A stretch of 64,000 nucleotides of DNA from Calcarisporiella thermophila CBS 279.70. Taxonomy: Eukaryota > Fungi > Calcarisporiellomycota. Under the pieces are notes generated by a model that was not told the origin of the DNA, made no database searches, and saw nothing but the letters and a program-made list of their open reading frames with translations. The stretch spans positions 326,970-390,969 of the forward strand of contig NW_027192212.1 of NCBI RefSeq assembly GCF_041956535.1, written 5' to 3'. The translations under genes were made by a program, and so were the position numbers. Below are positions 42,225-53,523 of this stretch, piece after piece. Every line of letters starts with the position of its first letter. The stretch's first letter is position 1.

Positions 42225-43330
42225 ATTGAATATTAGTTTTTTTTCCCTTTGAGATTATAAGAGATCAAGTTCTCTTGTATACGAGATATATATCAAGAGA
42301 AATGCGAAAAAAAGAGACCTTTTTTGTTCCCTTCACAGCATGCGGCCGCTTCTCGTAAACAGTGTGGCGCAGTTCGGATACATTTTCAAACCTAATCCTC
42401 GCAGCTAATTGTCCAAGGAGGCTAGTCTATGACGAAAAAAAAAAAAGCTCTCGGATGATGACAGCGAAGCTTACAAAAACAAGCATTGTATTTTGAATGC
42501 TGATTGCCGTTGTTATTTCGATTTAATTTTCTTGTGGATCAAACAAGGCATTCTTGTTTTCCCCCGCATTCCAAGCGGTGTGATATGTGATATGGATGAC
42601 TTACTTTTTAGCGTATTGTTTATGTTGGTTGCATAGCTCGGAAGACGCATGGTCTTTTTAGAATAGATTACACGGCATTGAAAGCAAGGGAAAGAAAATC
42701 TCGCACACTTATGACATAGGGCGAGTTCCATAAAAGAGCAAGTTAGATTTGGTCGCTCTAATTACAAAATAGCGAGCCACATAGTCCAAAATGCTTCGGA
42801 ATTTTTAGATGGAAATCGAGCATTCAGCACTTGGAACAAACTTAGAATGGAAATAGCCATAGAGCGAGTGATAGCAGATGATATAAATTTGGTCTAGTAT
42901 TTTATTATCGCTATGTAAATTAGAGCGAGCTTAGGATCGCCGACGACGTGCCAGGCCAATATTCTTAGGCCAAGAGCGTGGCCCAGGGGGAAATGGTCCA
43001 TTGATAGAAACAAGGCTATGAACCGTGCTGGTTTCCAGGCAATTTCAGATCCAAATCCCGGCAAATGGCCAAGCCCGAAGCTCCATTCGAAATTTTCCTG
43101 TTTCTCGTAAATTTTTTCTTGAATAAGGAACTAAAATATTTGCCCAGCTGATTCCATTGAGCTTCATAAAGCAAGGATTCCACGGTGGTGCCCAGCAGGC
43201 AAAGGTTCAGTCTCTCTGAGATGCGAAAACGACTAAAGAGACAAGAATGTATACTCTTCAGCGTCGATAAGGTAATTCAGATTCTGACTAGGGGGCCTTG
43301 AGGGCCCGGGGAATAACACGTCAATGAAAC

Positions 43331-43338
43331 TGACGTCA
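43331..43338. promoter_or_regulatory. CRE/ATF palindrome TGACGTCA preceded by a second ACGTCAAT half-site
   Basis: ACGTCAAT direct repeat at 43318-43325 and 43333-43340, in the long intergenic region upstream of the 43945 gene. Confidence 0.3.
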
Positions 43339-43944
43339 ATTTCTGGATTATGGGAATCGCAAAACATTTTATTATTAGCAACCAGGAGAAATTTCTTCAC
43401 CAAAAAGCCCTCAAATGAAATCCCTACTCGCGACTTGTGCTTGGCCGATAACGAATTGAGTGTCAGGAGAAAAATAAAATTTGATGTGCTTATTTTTTAT
43501 GGTTTTTCTGCTCACAGCCCCCGACAAGATCAACACTGGAGTGCGAAGTTGATACACATATTGCCTGTGACTTGGGTTTTTTTTCTTTTTCATCTCTTTA
43601 TAACAATAGGGCTTTGATCCTCATCCCACACTTTCTGTTGCCATATTCTTTTTGCACTCCCTTCATCATCAATTCTGAAGCGTTTTCTTAGTTGCATTTG
43701 ATCCACCATTTTTTTTTTTTTTTTCAAAACCCAGAATTCAAGGTGTTCTCATCTATTTTATTGAATTCATCTATTTTTCGGCCCTCTCTTTTTTAATCAC
43801 TCTAACTATCTTCTTTTTCATCTACTCTCCATTTTCCTTTCATTCCTCAGTTAGTAAGCACAGCATTTAGTTCGCAATATCCTCCCTCTCTTTTTTCCAT
43901 CCTTTTATTTCTGTGCCTGTTCCAAGGCCGCGCTCCAGTGACCT

Positions 43945-46850
43945 ATGACCAGTGAAACTTCCAATCTGCGCAAACTCAATGGTAATGGCCTTCCACGCTA
44001 CCTTGACGACAGCCACAACTTCTCATACCTTAAAAAACTCTCACCGTGCTCCAAGCGGCGGCGTCCCTTCGCTATGGCGGCGCGACGGGGTGGCTATTTC
44101 ACTCGCTATCTCATCTATTTCTTATTACTATGCCTTATGATGGTAATGATGAGCTATCTCCCGCTTTGGCGGGGGATGCAGGAATTGAGCGAGCATGCCA
44201 ATTCATCAATGAGCGGAGACGCAGGCGCCGGTGCAGCATTGCAGAAAGGTGATCATATTGTCCTCTATCGAATTATTGGTAATGATCTCCCTCCGCGACA
44301 CAAGGCGGGACAGACTTTACGAAATGTGCGATTTATACTTGAAAATGAACCCGATTTTCCCCGCACGGTAAAATGGTGGATTCTCAACCGCATCGTTGAT
44401 CCGGCAAGTGAGCAAGCCTTGATACGGCTGCTGAAACAGTACCGTCAGCCATATTTTCGAATTCCTTTCTCAGAGGAAGAGTATTTGCAGAAGGATTTCC
44501 GACTGGAAGACTTTCCAGAGCCTGATTTTTTCCACTCAACAGAATACATGCGTTTTTCCAAAGCAGCGAAACTACGAACAATCGATTACACCTATACTGA
44601 TAAAAATCTTTATGCAATGAATAATGTAAGTACAATTGATGCCGTATCTGGTCGCGATTGACATTTCGTCGACTTGATTGTATCGATTAACCGTCATTTT
44701 TGTTATGGATTAGAACGGCGGTCGAAATGAAGCGCTTAATCATGCAAAACATAAGCTCAAGGGTGTTAAATGGATATTCCCGTTTGATGGAAACTGCTAT
44801 TTGACCAAGGGTGCGTTCGATGACATCCTCAAACAGCTCAACAAATACGGCAAAACACACCCATACTTCATCGTGCCTATGGCTAGATTAATCAACAATA
44901 CGCAGTTGTTAACTGGGCCTGATGTGCAGCCCAAAACGCCCGAAGAGCCTCAGATAATATTCCGGGTTGACTCGACCGAAGAATATAATCTTCAGATGCG
45001 CTATGGGCGCCGTTCAAAAGTATTTATTAATTCTCATTTCCCTAAGAGATACCGGATTAATCATCAATGCATCATTTTCTTAGCTGGAGCTACTCTGGCG
45101 TTTGGGAGCACTGGAAAACCGACGTGCACTAAATAAGCCCCAGGTTCCGTGGGAGCCGGTGGAGCGTGAGTATTCACCGACGGACAAGGGCAAATTTAAG
45201 TCTGCAGGCTGGGTTTTTCGTTTATTCTCTGGCCAAGCAAATCAGGAGGAGTCGAAGAAAGAGGCTTCTTCAATTCGCGCGTTTAATCGTCTACTGGCCA
45301 TCCAGGACTTCCTGGATGGGGTGGATGAGCGGATTGCAAGAAAGCAATTTCGACAAGAAAACCTGTTTTTATACAGCGAAGAAGGATTAAAACAGTCAAG
45401 ATTTCGATACTGGGGTGGAGATTCCAAAATCGAAGCGATTGTGGAACAATTGCAGGAGGAAGCCGACGAACTAGTGGCAAAGGTGCAGCGAGAGTTCCGA
45501 GAAGAGAGGGTTGTAGCAAGAGTGACCGGCAGTGGGCTAGCACGTACGTTATCGCATCCGTTTGGGCCGAACGATAATGAGAAGGATTCGGCTGCAATGG
45601 GGGCGGAGGAGGAACCTATGTTGAATGAGCCTGATACGGGCCATGACGAGAGGGATTCTAGCGAGGGAACTCGGGGCAGTTCTTTCCCGAAACCGGTCTT
45701 TGCCAGCTCAACTACGGCATCGTCGGACCCCAGTGGCCAGACTACTCGTCCTTTGCGCATTTCACTCTCCTCGCTGAGTGAGTCTGTGACCACCCTCGCA
45801 CTTGCGCACTTCTTCACCAGTAATGAGACGTATGCGCGATGGGCTGGAAATTTGGTGCGTGTTCACCTGCTCGCAGAATACGCGCTTGAAACCGCAGATG
45901 AAGTTCACCCCCCGGCCCTACATGCGGATCACTCTGATTTCTTGAATGATCAAGGTTACTCATTCCCTTCACTCCACCGCTTGCCTCGAGTCATTCCCAA
46001 ACACGGCACGTTGCCTCTGGCTATTCCCCCCGATTTGACCACAGCAGATCTTGCCCCACTACTAGATGCGATACGTATGCTGAGAAAAGCCCATGCTCTG
46101 ACCCACAAAGAATATGTTGATCTGCAATCGATTGCTTCCGACTTGCTTGAATACTTGGTCAATTCACCCACGGGGATCCATCTGGCACAAATGCCCGATC
46201 ATCGTGGAACGGGCTATGATCTACAAGTCGCTGCTTTGGCTACATTCACTGATGATGTTAGATTGTATCTCAGGGTGATCAATCGATGTCGCATGCGCGT
46301 CGGACGGCAGTTTGATCAGGACGGACAACAACGCCAGCATTTTGCTGATGCAAAAGTGGCCTCGCTTGCGCTGACGGAGAGGCAGCGACTTCTTGTAAGG
46401 CTACACTATGATACATTGAACTTTGCCCACTGGACGCTGCTTGCCCACGCGGTGCAGAATGCTGGGGTTGGGCGCGATCTGTGGCACTATACTGCCCGTG
46501 ACCGCGGGAAAGTTTCACTTGCGGTTGCAGTACATCTGAATAGATATATAGGAGCGCAAGATGACTACGAGGACGGCGAGTGGATACGCTCACGCCTACT
46601 ACCTCTCGCTCGCCTGGCATACTCTACGCATCAACGCTCGCCCGTTATTAACACCCAAATACACAAAAATATCATACGCGTGCTGGACCGCGTGAAGAGC
46701 AGGTGGTCATATCTATGGGAGTCCCCTGAATTAGCTTCTGGTAGGGCAGGAGATTTAGCAGACGTGATTGGCATTTCTTCGGGAGGTGGTAGTTCAAGCG
46801 GAGGAGCACGGAGTGGATTCCCCCCTTACTGGGTATTAGGTGTTCTTTGA
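43945..46850 (+). CDS. Type II membrane protein: glycosyltransferase-like N-terminal domain plus degenerate alginate-lyase-family (PF05426-like) domain (3 exons)
   Basis: TM YLIYFLLLCLMMVMMSYL; LYRIIGNDLPPRH..GQT..N..FILE.E; NLYAMNN|NGGRNEAL...KWIFPFDGNCY; EEPQIIFR; YGRRSK|LELLW.LG. Lyase-like VTTLALAHFFT..E.YA..A, DHRGTGYDLQ, QFDQDGQQ, HY..LN. Confidence 0.65.
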
Positions 46851-47277
46851 TTTTTTTATATCCTTTTTTTTTTTCCTTTCAAAAAGTAGATTTTTTTCTT
46901 TTTACTCTTCGTCGCTGATTATTGTTAACATTGGGCTTTATCACTAAATTTTTTTTCAAATTTAGTTTTTTTTTTCATTCACTTTATTTTATTTTTACTG
47001 TATCTTCTCTCTTTTTTGACATTTACTTTATATATATGAGAAAAAAGAAAGAGGAATTTTAAAATGGTTGGAGAATGCTTTGTTTCTTTTTTTTTTTGTA
47101 CAAGCACCCGTCTTCTAGAGAATTCTGAAAATGTTATCTTAAATATACTTCTTTTAACTTTTATCCTCGACTCAATACCCTCCCGAGTAAAATGACGGAT
47201 TATATGACGAGATGCATCATGAAAAGAAAGGGCAAGTTTATTATATAAGTAATATGAGGTTCTATGAAAATCTATCG

Positions 47278-48244
47278 TCACTGCCGGTTGGCGATTTTCT
47301 TTTGCCGATCTAATGTGTCCAGCTCATGTCTCCGCATCGTGGTACCCTCCTTCACGGCCTTGCTCAACACGCCTGCAATCAGTTCCACTCCTCTCACGGA
47401 ATCATCGTTAGCAGGAATGGGGTAGGTGACCCGACGAGGGTCGTAGTCAGTATCTGTGATGGCAACAACTGGAATGGTACATGCGTTTGCCTCGGCCAAA
47501 ACAATCTCGTTTTCGATCGGGTTCATGACGAGAATGAGATCGGGCTTGAGCTTCCTTCGGGTGTCGGGGCCGAGTGCACCGAGGACTTGCTGTGCGTTAG
47601 TGAGGGTGCCTGGTAGCCACCGTTTTGTGACATGAAGTGCTCCACATTCTTGCGCCGCTTTAGCCACAACCTCTCCAATCTGCGGGCGGGTCCCAACAAA
47701 CAGCACATTACCTCCTCTGTAAGCTACCTCACGGACAAGAGCACACGCGCGGCGTAGATAGACTAATGTGTGGGCAAGGTTGATAATGCTAATCCCTGCA
47801 CGAGTACCAAATACAAATGGAAGACTATGCGCGTTCCATAGAGATGTGGAGTGACCAAGGTGAAGATTAGCAGCAAGAAGATGCGGAATGGTGAGATCGT
47901 AGGCTGTTGGTGAAGGAGGAGAGACGTTGGAGGTGTGTTGTGTAGAACCTATCTGTTCATACTCAGGCACTAAACAAGGGACAAGGCAAATCAAGATTAG
48001 AACCACATTGATTTGCCAACGCATCGCAATTTATATATTACGTAGTTTTTCGAAGCGCTTCTTAAGCTCTTCTGTGGATAGCTGTGGACGGTTCTCGGAA
48101 GGTGTATTTAATGCGCGTGTCAATACTGAAAGACGAAGAAAATCAGATCAATAGTATGAAAAATGGAGTAAGATGTAGGGTAAAGCATTTACCTCGAGAT
48201 TGTAAACTAGCTATTTGCCATGCATTTCGTCTTAATGCCATCAT
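47278..48244 (-). CDS. MRP4: Mitochondrial ribosomal protein uS2m (3 exons)
   Basis: Presequence MMALRRNAW; LLAANLHLGH...W...PFVFG.RAGISIINL..T; LFVGTR; RWLPGTLTN; PDL; DTD.DP..VTYPIPANDDS. Confidence 0.93.
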
Positions 48245-48429
48245 CTTTGCTTCTATTTGATCAACTTGGATAATCGCTCTGTCCCAAAGCTTTAAGTTCT
48301 TGAAATTTTGTTTATCCTCAATAGTATGACGAAACCAAAATTTGACTGCGAAATTAAACATTTTAACTTAAGATAGGCAGTAGACTTCCCCCGGTAGATT
48401 CGGCCCAAAAGAAAGGAGTTGCGATAAGC

Positions 48430-48953
48430 ATGGCCGAAATCACGTACAAAACGGTTGTTGCCATAACTTCAGAATCGCTTCCTTCGCTTGATGCCATTGC
48501 TAAGCAAGTAGGCGATCCATCTGCCGGAGCAATCACAACGTTTGTGGGCACTACACGAGATACCTTCGAAGGTAATCCATTCGACTGCATTCATATCATA
48601 ATTCTCACGCTATCATCAAATCAAATGTTCATTGCTTTATCCACTTGACAGGCAAACGTGTTCTACGCCTCGAATATGAAGCATACGACCCTATGGCTAC
48701 CCAAACTCTGCATTCTATAATAGCGGAAGCACGCACAAAATGGCCAGTTGGCAATATCAGTATTTATCATCGGACCGGCACTGTGCCTATCGGAGAGGCC
48801 TCCGTCATTATAGCGGTGAGTGGAGTGCATCGGCGTGAGACGATACAAGCTGTTGAATATCTGATTGATGAGCTAAAGCGAAAGTGTCCGATCTGGAAGC
48901 GAGAGGTGTATGAGGATGGGGCAGTGTGGAAGGCCAATAAGGAGTGCTGTTAA
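48430..48953 (+). CDS. MOCS2: Molybdopterin synthase catalytic (large) subunit MoaE/MOCS2B/CnxH (2 exons)
   Basis: GAITTFVGTTRDTFE|GKRVLRLEYEAY.PMA; HR.G.VPIGEASV.IAVS..HR; IDELK..CPIWKREVY. Confidence 0.95.
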
Positions 48954-49332
48954 GGTTTTTCATATGCCACTTGGCATATATTAGATGCGATCGCGATAGA
49001 AGTGCGTGCTCTTTGTACTGTACATTATTAAATTATATCCTTTCTGTATCTCAATTCAATCTTATCACCTGAAGGGAGCCGGGATATGTCATGGATATCT
49101 CTGTGATCCAGAATTCACATGTTCACACATTTTCCACCTGTTCCGCTTTTTTGCGATACACTAGTTTGCGCTCTGTTTTTCGCATTATCCCCTCACCATT
49201 TAGAGCATAAAACAATTCAATAATCTCCCGTCCAACAACCCCACTCATAATCTAGCGTCTTCGATCATCTCCAAAAAAATTTCCGAATCAAAAATTGTTG
49301 GTATACTGGGGAGAAAAGTCGAAAGATCCGAG

Positions 49333-50284
49333 ATGTTGGTAAAACCAACTCAAACAAAGCCTCGCCGATTCACACTCCTTGCCCTCATAGCCGCCATCAG
49401 CACGATTGCTGGCCTTATCACCTACTGGTATCGGCGGCGATCGATGCGGCGTCTCTTGGGGGGTGGCGGAGACTCACAATCTGGCCAAAATCAGAGCAAT
49501 AGAGGAACAGAGCATGTAAATGGTAACGTGGTGGGTATTTTGTCATTGGTAGTCGGGGATACAATATAGCCACTAATTACCTCTGCGGTGAGTGTAGAGG
49601 ACTGAGGAATCATTCGGGTCACGGCTGTTAGGTGCGCTAAATACCCCACGGAGAAGAAAACCTATTACCATTAGTGTGAAAAATGTAACTGTCATTGTAA
49701 TTTGGCGCTGGGATGCACTCCTTATTGACATTGGCTTTGCTCGTATCTAGACTGTACTTTGGAACCCTTCTCCGGATCCCACCACCCCTAACTATGCGTT
49801 TCTCGAAAATGCCGTACCCATTCTGCGTCATCTCTCGCAATATTATTCGGTGCATCTCATAGCAACCACAAGCTCCCAAATGGAGCGCGATCAGATTACC
49901 TCGCTTTTAACAAGCGCAGGCTTATTCTCAAAGGGAGGATTGGACCGACGAAGACTATTATTCTGTGAATCAGAGCAAGGAAAAGTGCATATAGTGCGAC
50001 ACCTTGAGAGTGCTGTGCACATAGAAGGTGGGGTTGGGAATGCAGAGGCTGCTAATGGTGAAGGGGGTAGTAGTAGCCGGGACGGAGGAGTAATAGCGCA
50101 GCTGAGTCAGCATGTTGGGAGGGTAGTGTGGGTGAAACGCTCTTCGAGCGACTCCAGGACAGGAAGCGCAGAGGGTGGTGAGAGGAGAAACGTAGAAGTC
50201 GTGACGAGGTTAGTGGAGAGCCTCTTTCTAAAAGAGACTGGGTTCAAGCTGCAGGCTCAGACGACAGCAGCCGGGCGAAAATAG
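49333..50284 (+). CDS. PEX22: Peroxin Pex22-like protein (N-terminal TM plus HAD-like fold, plant type; 3 exons)
   Basis: Basic residues, TM segment, then YRRR; ITISVKN|TVLW; LL.SAGLFSKGGLDRRRLLFCESEQGKVHIVRHLESAVHIE, matching the plant PEX22 pattern FCST..GR...VRQLEP..HID. Confidence 0.65.
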
Positions 50285-50728
50285 CAACGCTTCTAATTTT
50301 TCTGTGGGATTTGTGAATACATTCATTTGAGGATTCTTGACTTAATTGCGATTTTTCTTTTCCCTTTTTCTTTTTTGCTTCATTTCATTTTGAAAATAAG
50401 AACCTATTCCCCTCCTAATTCTTGCCTCTAGAAAATAAAGCTGCACTTTTAGACATGATTGTTTTCTATACATCCACACCTTAGATTTAGGGGATGACAC
50501 CACGTGAGTAACTTAAACAGGAATATATTAGTGTTCTCGCTGTTCTCTCGCCCATTCATTCCAAGTGCGGAAAGAAATGAAAGAGCGGGAAAACATGAGC
50601 TAGGCAAAGAGGCGTAATTAAGTACAAATACCACAGGAATATATACAACAATATTACAGTTTAACAAGTGAGAGAATTAAGTGTGGGTGATATTTTAATA
50701 TGTTATCGTAAAATGGAATGAATTAATG

Positions 50729-50992
50729 TTAAGCTGCATTAATGGATATACGATCATAAGACTCCAGCTCCATTTCCATTTCATTTCTTGTAGCCTTTGG
50801 CTGTAGCTCTTCAAAAGGTGGAAAGGAGCAATATGAGTCATCACTCGATATGGAAGGGAACGATGCTAGTGTGGGGGTTTGCTCAGGGGAGGTGAGCGGA
50901 ATAGCTTGAGAATTCGGGCGCGAAGTAAAGGAGAGCATTTCGCGGATGATAGCCGTTAGAGAAATGCGGCGATAGCTGTTTTGAGAGGACAT
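50729..50992 (-). CDS. Small (87 aa) Ser-rich hypothetical protein
   Basis: Intronless ORF MSSQNSYRRISL...SYCSFPPFEE... in a good start context (CAAATGT), with a TATA-like TATATA about 55 bp upstream. Confidence 0.5.
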   Translation of the reverse strand: MSSQNSYRRISLTAIIREMLSFTSRPNSQAIPLTSPEQTPTLASFPSISSDDSYCSFPPFEELQPKATRNEMEMELESYDRISINAA

Positions 50993-51481
50993 TTGAGAAT
51001 GAGAATTCTTGTTTTTGAGCAGGGCGAAAGAGAAAATAGCTGGTATATATAAGGAATTTTCAGAAGGATTTTTTGGTTGGGGAGAATCACGCCCAATTCC
51101 TCTGGCTAAAAAAAACTGGCCGCCGTTAAGAAATTTCGAGGCTTCAACAGAAGGTACAAACGGGTTGTGCCGTAGTAGAAGTAATGACGATTTTCTCCGC
51201 TTAGTATTTTCAGAGCGCATTGCATGCTACACAATTTTTTATAAATGGGCCAAGAATGAAAAATTACTACCGACCAAATGGTACGAAAATCCTAGACTTT
51301 CAGATGTGCTCTTATGACTGTAGTGGGGATTTAGGTTAGCACTTGATGAGGCGTCTAAGCCACACAAAATAAATAAACATGATGGAAATTTTTTTCTTGA
51401 ACACCAGAATTTACTAGATCTTAAAACCATAATCGGGGAGACGATCGGGTGGGAACTCATTGAAAATAACCTAATAAAAAA

Positions 51482-52799
51482 ATGAGTCAGGTCAATACTG
51501 TGTTTGTGGATGGGGATATCGGCTCCCAGGTAGCGTATGATTTGAATGCGGTGAGATGGTCTCTCTTTTCTAATTTCCGCTTTGAGTAGGTCGAGGAACT
51601 CGCGGGATACATCGCAAAGCTCAAGGGCGAAACCGAATCCTCTCTAGCCTCCACGCAAGATTATTCCGCATTGTGCGATGAGAGTATTGCGCTCCTCCAG
51701 GCCGTATCCGACAAGGAAATCGAGGGATGCTATAATCTCTTAATTACGCTTCTCATGCAACTCCCCTCCGACCAACTTCCCTCTCTCCTGTCACGTGTGC
51801 TCAGCTCCCTTGTATCCGATGATCGTGTGGACAAGACTGTGATTAAGATGCGTATTCTGTCGAATCTCTATAACACACTGGATGCAACCTCCAAATTACG
51901 GTATGATGTGTTTGAAGCCCTCCTAGAGATTGCGGCAAAAGGAGAGGAGTTGGACGTATTGATACCCGAATTGGGACAGCTGGAGGAGGGGCTAAGATCA
52001 TGGGGTGTAGGAGTAGACAAGCGGCGAGAAATGTTTTTGTCAGTTAGCCAGAAGCTCCAAGACACGGATAGGTAATTCGACGAGACCACAAATCGAATAT
52101 CATAGTTGAACTAATATATGAAACGTTTTATTGCCCGTTTTTAGCAAACTCTCGCTACAATTCCTGATCAAAGCCCTAGCAACCTTTGATGACGACGCGT
52201 CCGCCTCCCCCGATGCGGCTACCCAGCTGGCTATTAAGGCCACAGAGCAAGCGATCCGCCAACCCGATATTCTCGCATTCGACGATCTTCTCCGCCTGCG
52301 GGCCATCACTAAACTTTCCGGCCAACCGCTCTACGCGTTGCTGAAAATTTTCGCCAACGGCAATCTGGGAGACTACAAGGCATGGAAGCAGCAGAATGCT
52401 GGAATATTGGAGAAGCATAACCTGAGCGATGAAGACAACGTCCGTAAGATGCGGTTGCTCTCGCTCGCCTCGCTCGGTTCGGAGAACCTTGCGAATGAGA
52501 TTAAGTACGATCGCATTGCGCAGGCCCTCGAGATTAGCGAGGATGAGGTGGAGATGTGGGTGATCGATGTGATCCGTGCTGGATTGATCGAAGCTAAACT
52601 CAACCAGGTCGCAAAGACAGTCGTGATCAACCGCTCCATGTTCCGGGCCTTCGGAAAAGAGCAGTGGCAACTGCTCTCCTCTCGGCTCGATGGATGGCGG
52701 CGTTCGCTCTCAGACGTGTTGCAAGTGATCGGGAACGCCAAGCTCATTGCCCAGCAGAATGTGGTGATGGATGTTGCGGTGAATGGCGATGCTCAATAA
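51482..52799 (+). CDS. EIF3M: Translation initiation factor 3 subunit M (PCI domain; 3 exons)
   Basis: VFVDG....Q|VEELAGYI; KEIEGCYNLL; ILSNLYN.L...S.LRY.VF; F.FDDLL.L.A; RKMRLLSLASL; EVEMWVIDVIRAGLIEAKLNQ; R.FGKEQW. Confidence 0.92.
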
Positions 52800-53523
52800 A
52801 TCAAAAGAAAGAAAAAAGCGTAGATAAACGTGTTTATTATGTTGTTTGCATCGTGTTTTATGGTTGGAACTTTTTCTAAACTTTCCAGTGATATTGTAAG
52901 GGGGTTCACATACTACCGTTTTTCGTCTTTTCTATTCTTACCTCTCCGCTTTTTATTTGCAAATGTTAAACAAGAATAACTATGCCGTCATACCTTTTGG
53001 TTATAAAATATCTCCATTCTGCAAACCTATACCTATCCCATCAACAATGCACACCCCTAGGAAAAGGCACTGTTGCAAACCGTAGCCTGCCCACCTCTAG
53101 AGTGATTTTATTTTTTTTTTTAGCTTGGTTTGGCTATTCAAGCCCATTGTGTCAACGCAGGAGCAAAGATGGCTTAATCCGTCCGTGGTTGGTTATGCTG
53201 TGTTTGAGGTTTTCAAAAAGTGTCCTCAACGAATTCAACGCCCTTTTGAAGTGATATTTTTTGTCATACTAGAAGGTCTAGTCATGTAGGTAGCTTTATG
53301 AGAAAAATATAGAATCTTAAAATGATAAAAGACAATATATGTAAAACAGGGGGACGGTAGTCAAAAGAGAGTAGAAGATAAAAAAAAAATCTAACATACG
53401 AATGCCAAGAGAGTAAAAATAAAAATCTTACAAGTAGAGGAAGAAGGGAGCTTAGTATGACATAAGAACACAGGGTATATTGTATAATATAGTTCAATAT
53501 AACAGCTAATACCATAAGAAAAT

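Noticed and set aside
48244-48953. Bicistronic MOCS2A/MOCS2B arrangement as in animals
   Set aside because: No small-subunit ORF ending in Gly-Gly lies upstream; the 185-bp gap leads directly to the divergent MRP4 gene.
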